58,581 bases of DNA from assembly GCA_964655785.1 (NCBI GenBank), contig CAZZNP010000003.1, positions 30,486 to 89,066 on the forward strand. Reading direction: 5' to 3'. The DNA comes from an uncultured Gemmatimonadota bacterium. Lineage in GTDB: Bacteria > JAAXHH01. Positions 43,225-51,498 of this stretch are shown here, in pieces. The notes beneath the pieces were generated by a model. It did not search any database, was not told the origin of the DNA, and was given only the letters and a program-made list of their open reading frames with translations. A program made the position numbers and the translations under genes. Numbering within the stretch: position 1 is the first letter of the stretch; every line of letters begins with the position of its first letter.

Positions 43225-44492
43225 GGGGTCAGTTCCGCTTCCGACTGGACGCGCATGCCGTCCGTGGCAAACTGGATTCCGCCGGTGACGACGACCTGGC
43301 CGCTTTCGAGTGTCCCGGTCGCAGTACCCGTCACATAGGCCTTGTCGCCGCTGCGCTGCAGCACTTGGACCTGGACGATCCCGACCGTGCCGCCATCCTG
43401 TACGGTCCAGACCTCGTTTCCGGTTCGCAGCGCCGCTCGCGGCACCAGGAAATAGTCGTCCATTTCACGGCCCTCGATTTCCACCTCCACAAACTTGCCT
43501 ACCAACAGGGGGGAACTAACGCCGATCGGTACCGTGCCGTCTGTCGGCCGTCCTGCTCGAAGCGGGTCCGGCACACGGACGATTACGTCGATGGTACGCG
43601 TCTGACGGTCGAGGTGCGCCTCACCCCGGTCCACGTAGCCGTTCCAGACATAGGATCCCTCGCCGAAACGGCCGAAGACGCGCGCCGTCACGTGTCGGAT
43701 ACCGTCACCGGCCATAAGCGACCACAATCGCGGAATCAGGGCGGCGTCGGAATCGGACAGCGGCACAGAAATCTCCACGGCATCCGCCGAGTGAACCCGC
43801 GCGACGGGCTGGCCAGGCGCCACGATCCGGCCCACGTCCACGGATTCATTCTGTACGAAACCGTCGAAGGGTGCGGTTATCCGGGTCCGGGACAGGGCAA
43901 GCCTGGCGTCTGCAACCCTGGCCTCGTCGCGGGCCAACGCGGCCTGGGCCGCTTCAAGTTGCGGAGTTCTCAGCGCGAGTGGATTCGCGTCGCCGAGTGT
44001 AGACGCATTGGTAGGTGTAGACGCATCGTCGGACGAGGACTCGCTGCTACGCAAAGTGGTATAAAGTTCGTGTTGCGCGCGAGCTATCGAAGCCTGTTCC
44101 TTTTCTTTCAGCAACGCAACCCGGCTGGCCGCGAGATTGGCCTCAGCCTCCTGCACCAGGTACTGATAATCGACTTCTTCGATGCGGAAGAGCGTATCGC
44201 CCGCCGCGATACGGCCGCCGCTCAGGAATCCCGGGTCGACCCACACGACCCGGCCACCCACCTGCGGAACGATGTCGACCTCGGCGCTCGGCCGTACGGT
44301 GCCCGATCCGAATACGGGTATGGGTCCGGACCCGGCGGTGACCACGCCGGTCTGCACAAAGGGTATCTGGGGCGGCTGTTCCGTGCGCGTCGGTTCAGGG
44401 GCCAGTGAAATCAACAGGGCGGCGATCGCCACGGAAACGCCGAGAATGCCGCCGGCAACGAGAAAGCTGGTTAAACGCGACATGGAATTCAC
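43221..44492 (-). CDS. RND efflux periplasmic adaptor (membrane fusion protein)
   Basis: 423 aa with an N-terminal anchor, a coiled-coil hairpin (AEANLAASRVALLKE...LEAAQAALARDEARVADARLAL) and beta-barrel segments. It is translationally coupled on both sides. Confidence 0.85.
   Translation of the reverse strand: MNSMSRLTSFLVAGGILGVSVAIAALLISLAPEPTRTEQPPQIPFVQTGVVTAGSGPIPVFGSGTVRPSAEVDIVPQVGGRVVWVDPGFLSGGRIAAGDTLFRIEEVDYQYLVQEAEANLAASRVALLKEKEQASIARAQHELYTTLRSSESSSDDASTPTNASTLGDANPLALRTPQLEAAQAALARDEARVADARLALSRTRITAPFDGFVQNESVDVGRIVAPGQPVARVHSADAVEISVPLSDSDAALIPRLWSLMAGDGIRHVTARVFGRFGEGSYVWNGYVDRGEAHLDRQTRTIDVIVRVPDPLRAGRPTDGTVPIGVSSPLLVGKFVEVEIEGREMDDYFLVPRAALRTGNEVWTVQDGGTVGIVQVQVLQRSGDKAYVTGTATGTLESGQVVVTGGIQFATDGMRVQSEAELTP
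43997..44032. repeat. in-frame intragenic tandem duplication, 18 bp x2
   Basis: gtgtagacgcattggtag gtgtagacgcatcgtcgg. It encodes DASTPT/NASTLG in the RND adaptor. Confidence 0.8.
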
Positions 44493-46030
44493 TCCGTTGG
44501 GGGACTGGAGGGAGGACGCCGGTCCTGTTGCCGCAACCGGAGTGCCTCCAGGTCGGCGGCGGTCCAGGTGCCGCCCAGTGCGCGGTGCAGGGCCAGGCGG
44601 GCGTAACCCAGATCCCGCGCCGCCGCCGAGAGAACCGACCGCGCAGCGAGACGGGATTGCTCCGCCGACAGGAAAGCTTCGTATTCACCCACGCCCGACA
44701 GGTATTTTTGTTCCTGCAACAGGGATTCGGCCCGGGTTTCTTCGGAAAGGGACTCAAGCAGCGCATGACGCGCGCGGCTGGCCTCCAGCGCCAGGAGGGC
44801 GGTCTCTACCTCGTTGACCGCGGTGACCACGGAACGTCCATAAGCGGCGGCCGCCTCGTTCAACCTGGCCTCCGCCAGCGCTATGTTCTTGCGAAGGCGC
44901 GAGCCCTGGAAAACGGGGCCGAGCAGGTTCGCCGTGAGGTTCCGGAACCACTGATCCGGATCGAACCATTCGCTTGAATCCGTAGTCTGCAATCCGATCG
45001 CGCCCTGCAGCGACAGCCTCGGCAGCAGGTCCGCCCGGCGCGCGCCCACAGAGAACCGCGCCGCCTCTACGCGCTGCATGGCCGCGAGCACGTCGGGCCG
45101 CTGCATCATGAGATCTGCTGGGATGCCGGCGGGAACGGGATCAGACAACGCGGAGGGAGAAGGCGCGTCGCAGAGCAGGTGCGCGAGGTCGGCCCGGAAG
45201 CCGCCCATGAGTATCCACAGCCTTCCCTCGGCGTCCGCGCGCAAGGCTTCGATTAGCGGAAGTTCGGCCTGGGCTTCACGCAGACTCCGCCGCGCCGCGT
45301 GGAGGCCGGCCAGGCCGGCCAGCCCGCTTTCATACCTCGATTCGGCCAGAGATTTCAGTTGTGCCAGGACGTCCGCGATCTCACCGGCGTGCCGCTGCTG
45401 CACGCGCAGGTTTGCGATTTCCAGGTAGGTGCGGACCGTCTCGGCCAACACCCCCATTTGCGCGCTGAGGTAGTCCGCCTCCGTAGCCACCAGTTCGGCT
45501 CCCGCGGCGCGCGCGTCGTTGCGGTTGCGGCCCCAGAAATCGAGCTCATAGGCGAATTCCACGCTCAGGGTATAGGTCGTCAAACCGAGCCGGTCGGGGA
45601 TATCCACGCCGGCCGCGCTCAGCGACTCCGGGTCCAGACCGACTTCTTCCAGTTGCGCGCCGATGCCGGCATTCGTCGGACCGTCGAATTCGTTTACGCT
45701 CACGGACGGCTGCAGAAGCGGAAACACCGTCGACCCGGCGATTCCGTGACGCATCCTGGCCTGCTGCACACGGGCAACCGCCCCGGCCAGGTCGAAATTG
45801 GAGGACAGCACCTCTGCGATTACTCGGTCGAGGACCGGATCTTCGTAGGATTTCCACCACTCCAGCGGCTGGTAGGCACCGGAATCCACCCCGGTGGTAA
45901 ACGCTGAGGGAGGCTCCGGCACGGATTCGAGTACAGCGAGATTGCGGCTCGTAGCCAGGGAACAGGCCGTCAGGAACAGGCACGCGATCAGCGAAATGAA
46001 CCGTCCCATGTTTGAGATGAACCGTCCCAT
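44489..46030 (-). CDS. efflux outer-membrane factor lipoprotein (TolC/NodT family)
   Basis: 513 aa with a lipobox (FLTAC) and duplicated coiled-coil OEP repeats. The start codon is duplicated by a 21-bp tandem repeat, so the alternative start is 46009. Confidence 0.85.
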   Translation of the reverse strand: MGRFISNMGRFISLIACLFLTACSLATSRNLAVLESVPEPPSAFTTGVDSGAYQPLEWWKSYEDPVLDRVIAEVLSSNFDLAGAVARVQQARMRHGIAGSTVFPLLQPSVSVNEFDGPTNAGIGAQLEEVGLDPESLSAAGVDIPDRLGLTTYTLSVEFAYELDFWGRNRNDARAAGAELVATEADYLSAQMGVLAETVRTYLEIANLRVQQRHAGEIADVLAQLKSLAESRYESGLAGLAGLHAARRSLREAQAELPLIEALRADAEGRLWILMGGFRADLAHLLCDAPSPSALSDPVPAGIPADLMMQRPDVLAAMQRVEAARFSVGARRADLLPRLSLQGAIGLQTTDSSEWFDPDQWFRNLTANLLGPVFQGSRLRKNIALAEARLNEAAAAYGRSVVTAVNEVETALLALEASRARHALLESLSEETRAESLLQEQKYLSGVGEYEAFLSAEQSRLAARSVLSAAARDLGYARLALHRALGGTWTAADLEALRLRQQDRRPPSSPPTE

Positions 46031-46031
46031 G
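45996..46031. repeat. tandem duplication, 21-bp period x2, containing a start codon
   Basis: atgaaccgtcccatg at 45996-46010 and 46017-46031. On the minus strand this gives MGRFISN-MGRFIS at the N-terminus of the TolC-family lipoprotein. Confidence 0.9.
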
Positions 46032-46112
46032 ATACCATTCCGGGTTCAGGACCTCTTTTACATTCACGGTCACCGTTCGTTCGAATCGTGTTGCCGAAAG
46101 GAAAACGGTCCG

Positions 46113-46148
46113 GCATAACTTTGGAACTTGGCATAACTTCGGAACTTG
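46113..46148. repeat. tandem duplication, 18 bp x2
   Basis: gcataactttggaacttg gcataacttcggaacttg. Confidence 0.85.
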
Positions 46149-46269
46149 GTAAGATTACTATACTATTCCATAAAGAAAAGGGTCAAGGGTCAAATAGCTT
46201 CCACCCGGTGCTTGTCGCGCCACGCCGGCCGGCAGGCAACCGGGATTGAATGGCGTTGACAGACGGTTA

Positions 46270-46298
46270 TTGACAAATTCCCGCGCAACCGCTAACAT
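46270..46298 (+). promoter_or_regulatory. putative sigma70 promoter of the ECF A/T genes (TTGACA-17-TAACAT)
   Basis: -35 at 46270-46275. The -10 at 46293-46298 lies in the first unit of the 35-bp repeat array. Confidence 0.4.
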
Positions 46299-46424
46299 GC
46301 CCGCGGTAAACATGCCCGCGCAACCACTCACATGCCCGCGGTCTCCATGCCCGCGCAACCGCTAACATGCCCGCGGTAAACATGCCCGCGCAACCGTAAC
46401 ATGCCCGCGGTAAACATGCCCTGC
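46280..46424. repeat. tandem repeat, 35/35/35/34 bp x4.1
   Basis: cccgcgcaaccgctaacatgcccgcggtaaacatg at 46280 and 46350 (identical), with variants at 46315 and 46385. The 10-mer catgcccgcg occurs 8 times. The array lies between a TTGACA box and the ECF ATPase start. Confidence 0.9.
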
Positions 46425-46459
46425 CACATTCGGCGCAATTCCTTCACTTACCGGGTCTT

Positions 46460-48151
46460 TTGAATCAGCCGATCCTCACGCTCAGCGGCCTCGCGTTCAC
46501 CTACCGGGGCGACTCCAATCCCGCGCTCGACCAGATCAGCTACAGTCATCGTCGCGGTGAGTTCACGGTCATCGTCGGCGAGACAGGCGCTGGAAAGTCC
46601 ACCTTGTGCCGCTGCCTCAACGGACTGATCCCTTCCTTCGTCAAGGGCAGGCTGGAGGGCAGTCTGCAGGTAGCTGGCGGACCGGAGTCCGCCCATCCCC
46701 AGGTCTATGAACTGGCACGGATCGTCGGCCTGGTCTTCCAGGACTTCGAGGCGCAGCTGTTCTCCACCAACGTGGAACTGGAAACCGCTTTCGCGCTCGA
46801 GAACTTCGCCGTGGACCGCGAAGGGATGCGAACCCGCGTCGAACAGGCACTGCGCCGGGTCGGCCTGTCGGGCTTCGAGCAACGGGATCCTTCCAGCCTT
46901 TCGGGTGGCGAGAAACAGCGCCTTGCCATCGCGTCGGTACTCGCGGGCAGACCCGCGATAGTCGTGATGGACGAACCGACGACCGATCTGGATCCCGTGG
47001 GGAAAAGGGACATCTTCCGACTCGCCCGGGTTCTCCGGGATGAAATCGAAGGGATCATCCTGGTCGAGCACGAGACAGAACATGTCCTTGGCGCGGACAG
47101 GATCCTGTTGATGCACGAAGGGCGTATCGTCCTGGAGGGGCCGCCCGGCGAGATCCTGGCAGATCCCGAACGCGTGGAACGGCATGGCGTCCGGCCGCTC
47201 CAGACCACCGTACTGTTGTCCATGCTGGGCCTCGAGACCGACGCGTTGACTATCCGGGACGCGGTATCCCGTATCCGTTCGGCCGGATGGCGCGTCAAGG
47301 ACTCCGCCCGGGAAAGCCTGAACGGCGCGCGGCAGCGAGCGAAGCGCGAGCCGGTCGTTCGCATCAAGAACCTGGTCTTCAGATACGGGGATTCCCCACC
47401 GGCCGTGGACGGCGTATCGCTGGATATCATGGCCGGTGAATTCGTTGCGCTGGTCGGACAGAACGGCTGCGGCAAGACGACGCTCGCCAAGCATCTGAAC
47501 GGACTGCATCTTCCCACAGGCGGCGAAGTCGGGGTCCTGGGCAAGTCCACCACCGAATGGACCCTGCCCGATCTGGGACGCCGCGTGGGCTACGTATTCC
47601 AGAATCCGGATCACCAGATTTTCGCCAATACAGTCTGGGACGAAGTCGCCTTCGGCGCACGTAACTACGGTTTCTCCGAAGAAATGGTCAGGGCTCGGGT
47701 GGACGAGGCGCTGGCCGAGACCGGGCTGTCAGGCCGCGATCTCGAGGACCCTTTCAACCTGACCCGCGGTGAGCGGCAGCAACTCGCCGTGGCCTCGGTG
47801 CTGGTCACGGCCCCCGAGATACTCGTCCTGGATGAACCGACGACCGGGCTGGATTATCACGGCCAGGTCGCCATACTGAACCTGATCCGGCGGCTCAACG
47901 AATCCGGTCGAACCGTGGTGATGATTACCCACTCCATGTGGGTCGTCGCCGAGTATTCCGACCGCTGTGTCATCATGTCGGGCGGACGCATAGTCCAGGA
48001 TGGAGACGTCCGGTCGTGTTTCAACAACCCGGATCTACTCGAATCGCTGTACCTGGAAGCGCCAGAGGCAGTGCGCATCGGGTATGAATTCGGACTCGTG
48101 GCGCGCTCCGTCCGGGAGATTGCCGACTGCCTCGAGCGCCCGGCCGGTTAA
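46460..48151 (+). CDS. ECF transporter ATPase, fused EcfA1-EcfA2 (two ABC domains)
   Basis: 563 aa with a TTG start. It has Walker A x2 (GETGAGKST, GQNGCGKTT), signature x2 (LSGGEKQR, LTRGERQQ) and Walker B x2 (VVMDEPT, LVLDEPT). Confidence 0.85.
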   Translation: MNQPILTLSGLAFTYRGDSNPALDQISYSHRRGEFTVIVGETGAGKSTLCRCLNGLIPSFVKGRLEGSLQVAGGPESAHPQVYELARIVGLVFQDFEAQLFSTNVELETAFALENFAVDREGMRTRVEQALRRVGLSGFEQRDPSSLSGGEKQRLAIASVLAGRPAIVVMDEPTTDLDPVGKRDIFRLARVLRDEIEGIILVEHETEHVLGADRILLMHEGRIVLEGPPGEILADPERVERHGVRPLQTTVLLSMLGLETDALTIRDAVSRIRSAGWRVKDSARESLNGARQRAKREPVVRIKNLVFRYGDSPPAVDGVSLDIMAGEFVALVGQNGCGKTTLAKHLNGLHLPTGGEVGVLGKSTTEWTLPDLGRRVGYVFQNPDHQIFANTVWDEVAFGARNYGFSEEMVRARVDEALAETGLSGRDLEDPFNLTRGERQQLAVASVLVTAPEILVLDEPTTGLDYHGQVAILNLIRRLNESGRTVVMITHSMWVVAEYSDRCVIMSGGRIVQDGDVRSCFNNPDLLESLYLEAPEAVRIGYEFGLVARSVREIADCLERPAG

Positions 48152-48236
48152 GCACGGACCGAAACAGGCCGCTGCGGGACCATCGGTCCGGCTTCGCGGA
48201 CTGTGCTGGCATATTTCAGGCAAGCCCGGCCGCCCA

Positions 48237-48260
48237 CCGGGCCGCTCGCCGGGCCGCCTG
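48237..48260. repeat. tandem duplication, 12 bp x2
   Basis: ccgggccgctcg ccgggccgcctg, in the ecfA-ecfT spacer. Confidence 0.75.
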
Positions 48261-48304
48261 TTGAACCGTGGCGGATCGTTCCCACCGCCGCACAGGATTA
48301 GCGC

Positions 48305-49060
48305 ATGGTACTGTACATACCTTCGGATTCGCTTTTACACCGTCTCCATCCTTCGACCAAAATCGTGGGACTGGCGTTGTTGCTGATCCTCACCGTGGCC
48401 TTCCAGTCGCCCTGGTACCAGCTGGCCATCCTGGCGGCCGTACTGACGCTGGCAAAGACGGCCGGGGCGTTCAGGAATCTCCGGCGGATCCTTCCGCTCA
48501 TGATTACCGTGCTGATATTCAGCGCCGTCTCCTGGTCGCTATTCAGACGCGTAGGAGAACCGTTCTGGGCCTTCGGACCGTTTACCCTTTCCGTAGAGTC
48601 CATCCGGTTCGGGTTCGCCATGGGATTGCGGCTCGAGGCCATGCTGGTCTCCGGCATGATCTTCGTATCCTGCACGAAAGTGGAGGAGTTCGCCTACGGG
48701 CTCAGGACCATCGGGCTGCCCTTCGCCGTGAGTTTCGCGCTCTCCCTTGCCTTCAGGCTCGTCCCCCTGTTTTTTACCCGTATAGGCACGGTCGTCCAGG
48801 CCCAGCAGGCAAGGGGGCTCGATCTCAAGAGCGGAAACGTACTGCAGCGGGCCCGAAAGTACGTGCCTTTGCTGGTACCCATATTCGTGTATGCGATCCG
48901 GGATACCGACCTGCTCTCCATGGCGCTCGAATCCCGGGGATTCGGCATGCGGGGCAAGAGAACGGAATTCCTTTCTTTTCCCTTCCTTTGGCGCGATTAT
49001 GCCATATTGGGCATGCTGCTGATCCTGAATCTCGCGAGCTGGATGATTCCGGTCCCGTGA
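48305..49060 (+). CDS. ecfT: ECF transporter transmembrane T component (EcfT/CbiQ family)
   Basis: 251 aa and polytopic. The conserved coupling-helix region is VVQAQQARGLDL. It lies downstream of the fused ATPase. Confidence 0.8.
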   Translation: MVLYIPSDSLLHRLHPSTKIVGLALLLILTVAFQSPWYQLAILAAVLTLAKTAGAFRNLRRILPLMITVLIFSAVSWSLFRRVGEPFWAFGPFTLSVESIRFGFAMGLRLEAMLVSGMIFVSCTKVEEFAYGLRTIGLPFAVSFALSLAFRLVPLFFTRIGTVVQAQQARGLDLKSGNVLQRARKYVPLLVPIFVYAIRDTDLLSMALESRGFGMRGKRTEFLSFPFLWRDYAILGMLLILNLASWMIPVP

Positions 49061-49077
49061 GCGAACCATAACGAAAG

Positions 49078-50214
49078 ATGGCGGAAAGGGAAACGATGGA
49101 CAGGCGATACAGAGCGGGGGTAATCGGACGGACAGGCAGGGGCAATTACGGCCACGGCCTGGATACGGTATATCTCGAAATGGAAGACGTGGATATCATC
49201 GCTGTCGCCGACGACGATCCCGATGGACTGCGGGTCGCGGGCCGGCGGCTCGGCGTGCGTAACCTGTACTCCGACTACCGGGAAATGCTGCGTAACGAGT
49301 GGTTCGATATCGTCAGCATATGTCCCCGCTGGCTCGACCAGCATGCCGCCATGACGCTTGCCGTCGCCGAAGCCGGCGCCAGCATCTTCCTCGAGAAGCC
49401 CATTGCCCGCACGCTGGCTGAAGCCGACGCCATGATAGAAGCCTGTGAGAAGGCGGGTGTGATGATGGGCATTGCCCACCAGGGACGCATGCACGCGGCC
49501 GCCTGGAGAGCACGGCAATTGCTCGCCGAGGGCGTTATCGGCGACGTGCTCCACGTCCGCATGAACGGCAAGGAAGACCATCGCGGGGGCGGGGAAGACC
49601 TCATGGTGTTGGGTACACACCTATTCGACATGCTCCGGTTTCTCCTGGGCAGAAACCCCGCGTGGGTGCAGGCATCGGTGACCATGGCCGGGGGCCGCCC
49701 CGCGACCCTGGAAGACGCCCTGGAAGGTCCGGAGGAACTGGGGCTGATCGCCGGAGACGCCATTCACGCGATGTACGGATTCGGTCACGGTGTGACGGCC
49801 ACTTTCGAAACGCGCCGCAACCAGTCGGGCCACCCTCGTCGATATGGAATGTGGGTCTATGGCTCGGAAGGCATCATGACCGTCCACGATTCGTCCCAGC
49901 AGATCCGGATCCACGAGTCTCCGGTATGGCATCCGGACGAAGACGTGCCCATACGCGACGTTACCGCGGAATCCCTCGAACTTGCGCCTTCCGCACAGCC
50001 CTCCATGGCCTCGCTCCAGACGGCGGCCAACGTCGCCATCGTCCGCGACGTGTTCGAGGCGGCAAGGGACGGCCGCAGGCCGGTAAACAGCGGTTATGAC
50101 GGGCGCTGGGCGCTCGAAATGATTCACGGTGTATATGCCGCCCACCTGACGGGAAGCCGAATCGCCCTGCCCCTGGAGAACCGGGACCATCCCCTGCTGC
50201 CGAACCTCATCTAG
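49078..50214 (+). CDS. Gfo/Idh/MocA family oxidoreductase
   Basis: 378 aa with YRAGVIGRTGRGNYG and IFLEKPIA. Confidence 0.85.
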   Translation: MAERETMDRRYRAGVIGRTGRGNYGHGLDTVYLEMEDVDIIAVADDDPDGLRVAGRRLGVRNLYSDYREMLRNEWFDIVSICPRWLDQHAAMTLAVAEAGASIFLEKPIARTLAEADAMIEACEKAGVMMGIAHQGRMHAAAWRARQLLAEGVIGDVLHVRMNGKEDHRGGGEDLMVLGTHLFDMLRFLLGRNPAWVQASVTMAGGRPATLEDALEGPEELGLIAGDAIHAMYGFGHGVTATFETRRNQSGHPRRYGMWVYGSEGIMTVHDSSQQIRIHESPVWHPDEDVPIRDVTAESLELAPSAQPSMASLQTAANVAIVRDVFEAARDGRRPVNSGYDGRWALEMIHGVYAAHLTGSRIALPLENRDHPLLPNLI

Positions 50215-50301
50215 AGAAGGCGGCCGTACGGGAGTGCGTCCTGCCCCGGCAGGAACGCGTCCCGCACCAGGCACAAGCGCATCGCGACGAACGGAGCCGC
50301 C

Positions 50302-51498
50302 ATGAAAATCACCCATGTCCGAATCACACCGGTCAAGACGCCCGGCCCGGCGCCGGAGCCCTACGTCATCCATTCCATCAATCCGATTTACCGGTACCCC
50401 GACCTGAAGTACGACGCGCCGCCTGAGACCAGGCCGCGACAGCCGGACGGACCAGGCTCGCTCGTCATCGAAATCGAAACGGACGAGGGCGTGACCGGGG
50501 TGACGCAGAAGGGCTACGGCCTTCCCGGCGTGTATTCCGTCCTGGAAAACGTTCTGGCGCCCCTGCTGATCGGTGAGGACCCCATGCGGACGGACTGGCT
50601 GTGGGAGAAGATGCACCGGTACTGTATATCCCAGGCACGGGAAGGCATCGCCAGCGCCGCCATCAGCGCCATCGACACGGCCCTCTGGGACCTTAAGGGC
50701 CGATACCTGAACCAGCCGGTATACAACCTGCTCGGCGGGAAGACGAAAGACAGACTGCGCGCGTACGCAAGCCGGCTGTACGTGTACGCCAGCGACCGGG
50801 GCGATCCGGACCTGGGCCTCCTGAGGGAAGAGGCGTCGATGTACGTCGAACAGGGCTTTACGGCGGTAAAACAACGGTTCGGATTCAGCCAGGACGATGG
50901 TGTGGAAGGCATGAAGAAGAACCGGAAGGTGGTCGAGACGCTTCGTGAAACCATCGGGCCCGACATCGAACAAATGGTGGACTGCTGCCGGTCCTTCACG
51001 GCGGATTACGCCATCAAGATGATCCGCATGGTGGAGGAATTCGACCTCGCCTGGGTGGAGGAACCGGTGCATCCCCACGACTGGCCCGGTTACGTGAAGG
51101 TGCGGCAGTCCGCGTCCATGCCCATATCGGGTGGAGAGAACGAGTTCGGCAAGCACGCCTTCGCCCGCTGGCTCGAGATGGGATGCGCCGACATCTGGCA
51201 GCCCGACACGGATCGCTGCGCGGGTATCACGGAAGTGCAGAAAATCGTCCATCTGGCCGCGGCGAACGATATCCCGGTCATCGCGCACGGGGGGTGGATG
51301 GCCAACTTCCACCTCGCCATGGCTAACATGAACGTGCCCATGATCGAGTACTTCCCGGACCACAACCTGGATCGGGAAACACGGATTCTCACCGGCCAGC
51401 CTCGGCCCGTGGACGGATACATCACGCTTTCCGACGCCCCGGGCCTGGGCCTGGAACTGGACCGGGACGCCCTGAAGCGATTCACATGGGACGGTTGA
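50302..51498 (+). CDS. enolase-superfamily enzyme (mandelate racemase subgroup, sugar-acid dehydratase-like)
   Basis: 398 aa with FTAVKQRFG, QMVDCCRSF, WVEEPV and ISGGENE, which fit the metal and general-base positions of acid-sugar dehydratases. Confidence 0.85.
   Translation: MKITHVRITPVKTPGPAPEPYVIHSINPIYRYPDLKYDAPPETRPRQPDGPGSLVIEIETDEGVTGVTQKGYGLPGVYSVLENVLAPLLIGEDPMRTDWLWEKMHRYCISQAREGIASAAISAIDTALWDLKGRYLNQPVYNLLGGKTKDRLRAYASRLYVYASDRGDPDLGLLREEASMYVEQGFTAVKQRFGFSQDDGVEGMKKNRKVVETLRETIGPDIEQMVDCCRSFTADYAIKMIRMVEEFDLAWVEEPVHPHDWPGYVKVRQSASMPISGGENEFGKHAFARWLEMGCADIWQPDTDRCAGITEVQKIVHLAAANDIPVIAHGGWMANFHLAMANMNVPMIEYFPDHNLDRETRILTGQPRPVDGYITLSDAPGLGLELDRDALKRFTWDG

Noticed and set aside
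50236-50258. A hairpin gcgtcctgc-cccg-gcaggaacgc after the Gfo/Idh/MocA gene, as a possible intrinsic terminator
   Set aside because: The 6-9-bp stem is visible but no U-tract follows. I cannot distinguish it from chance GC-rich pairing, so it is not listed as a feature.
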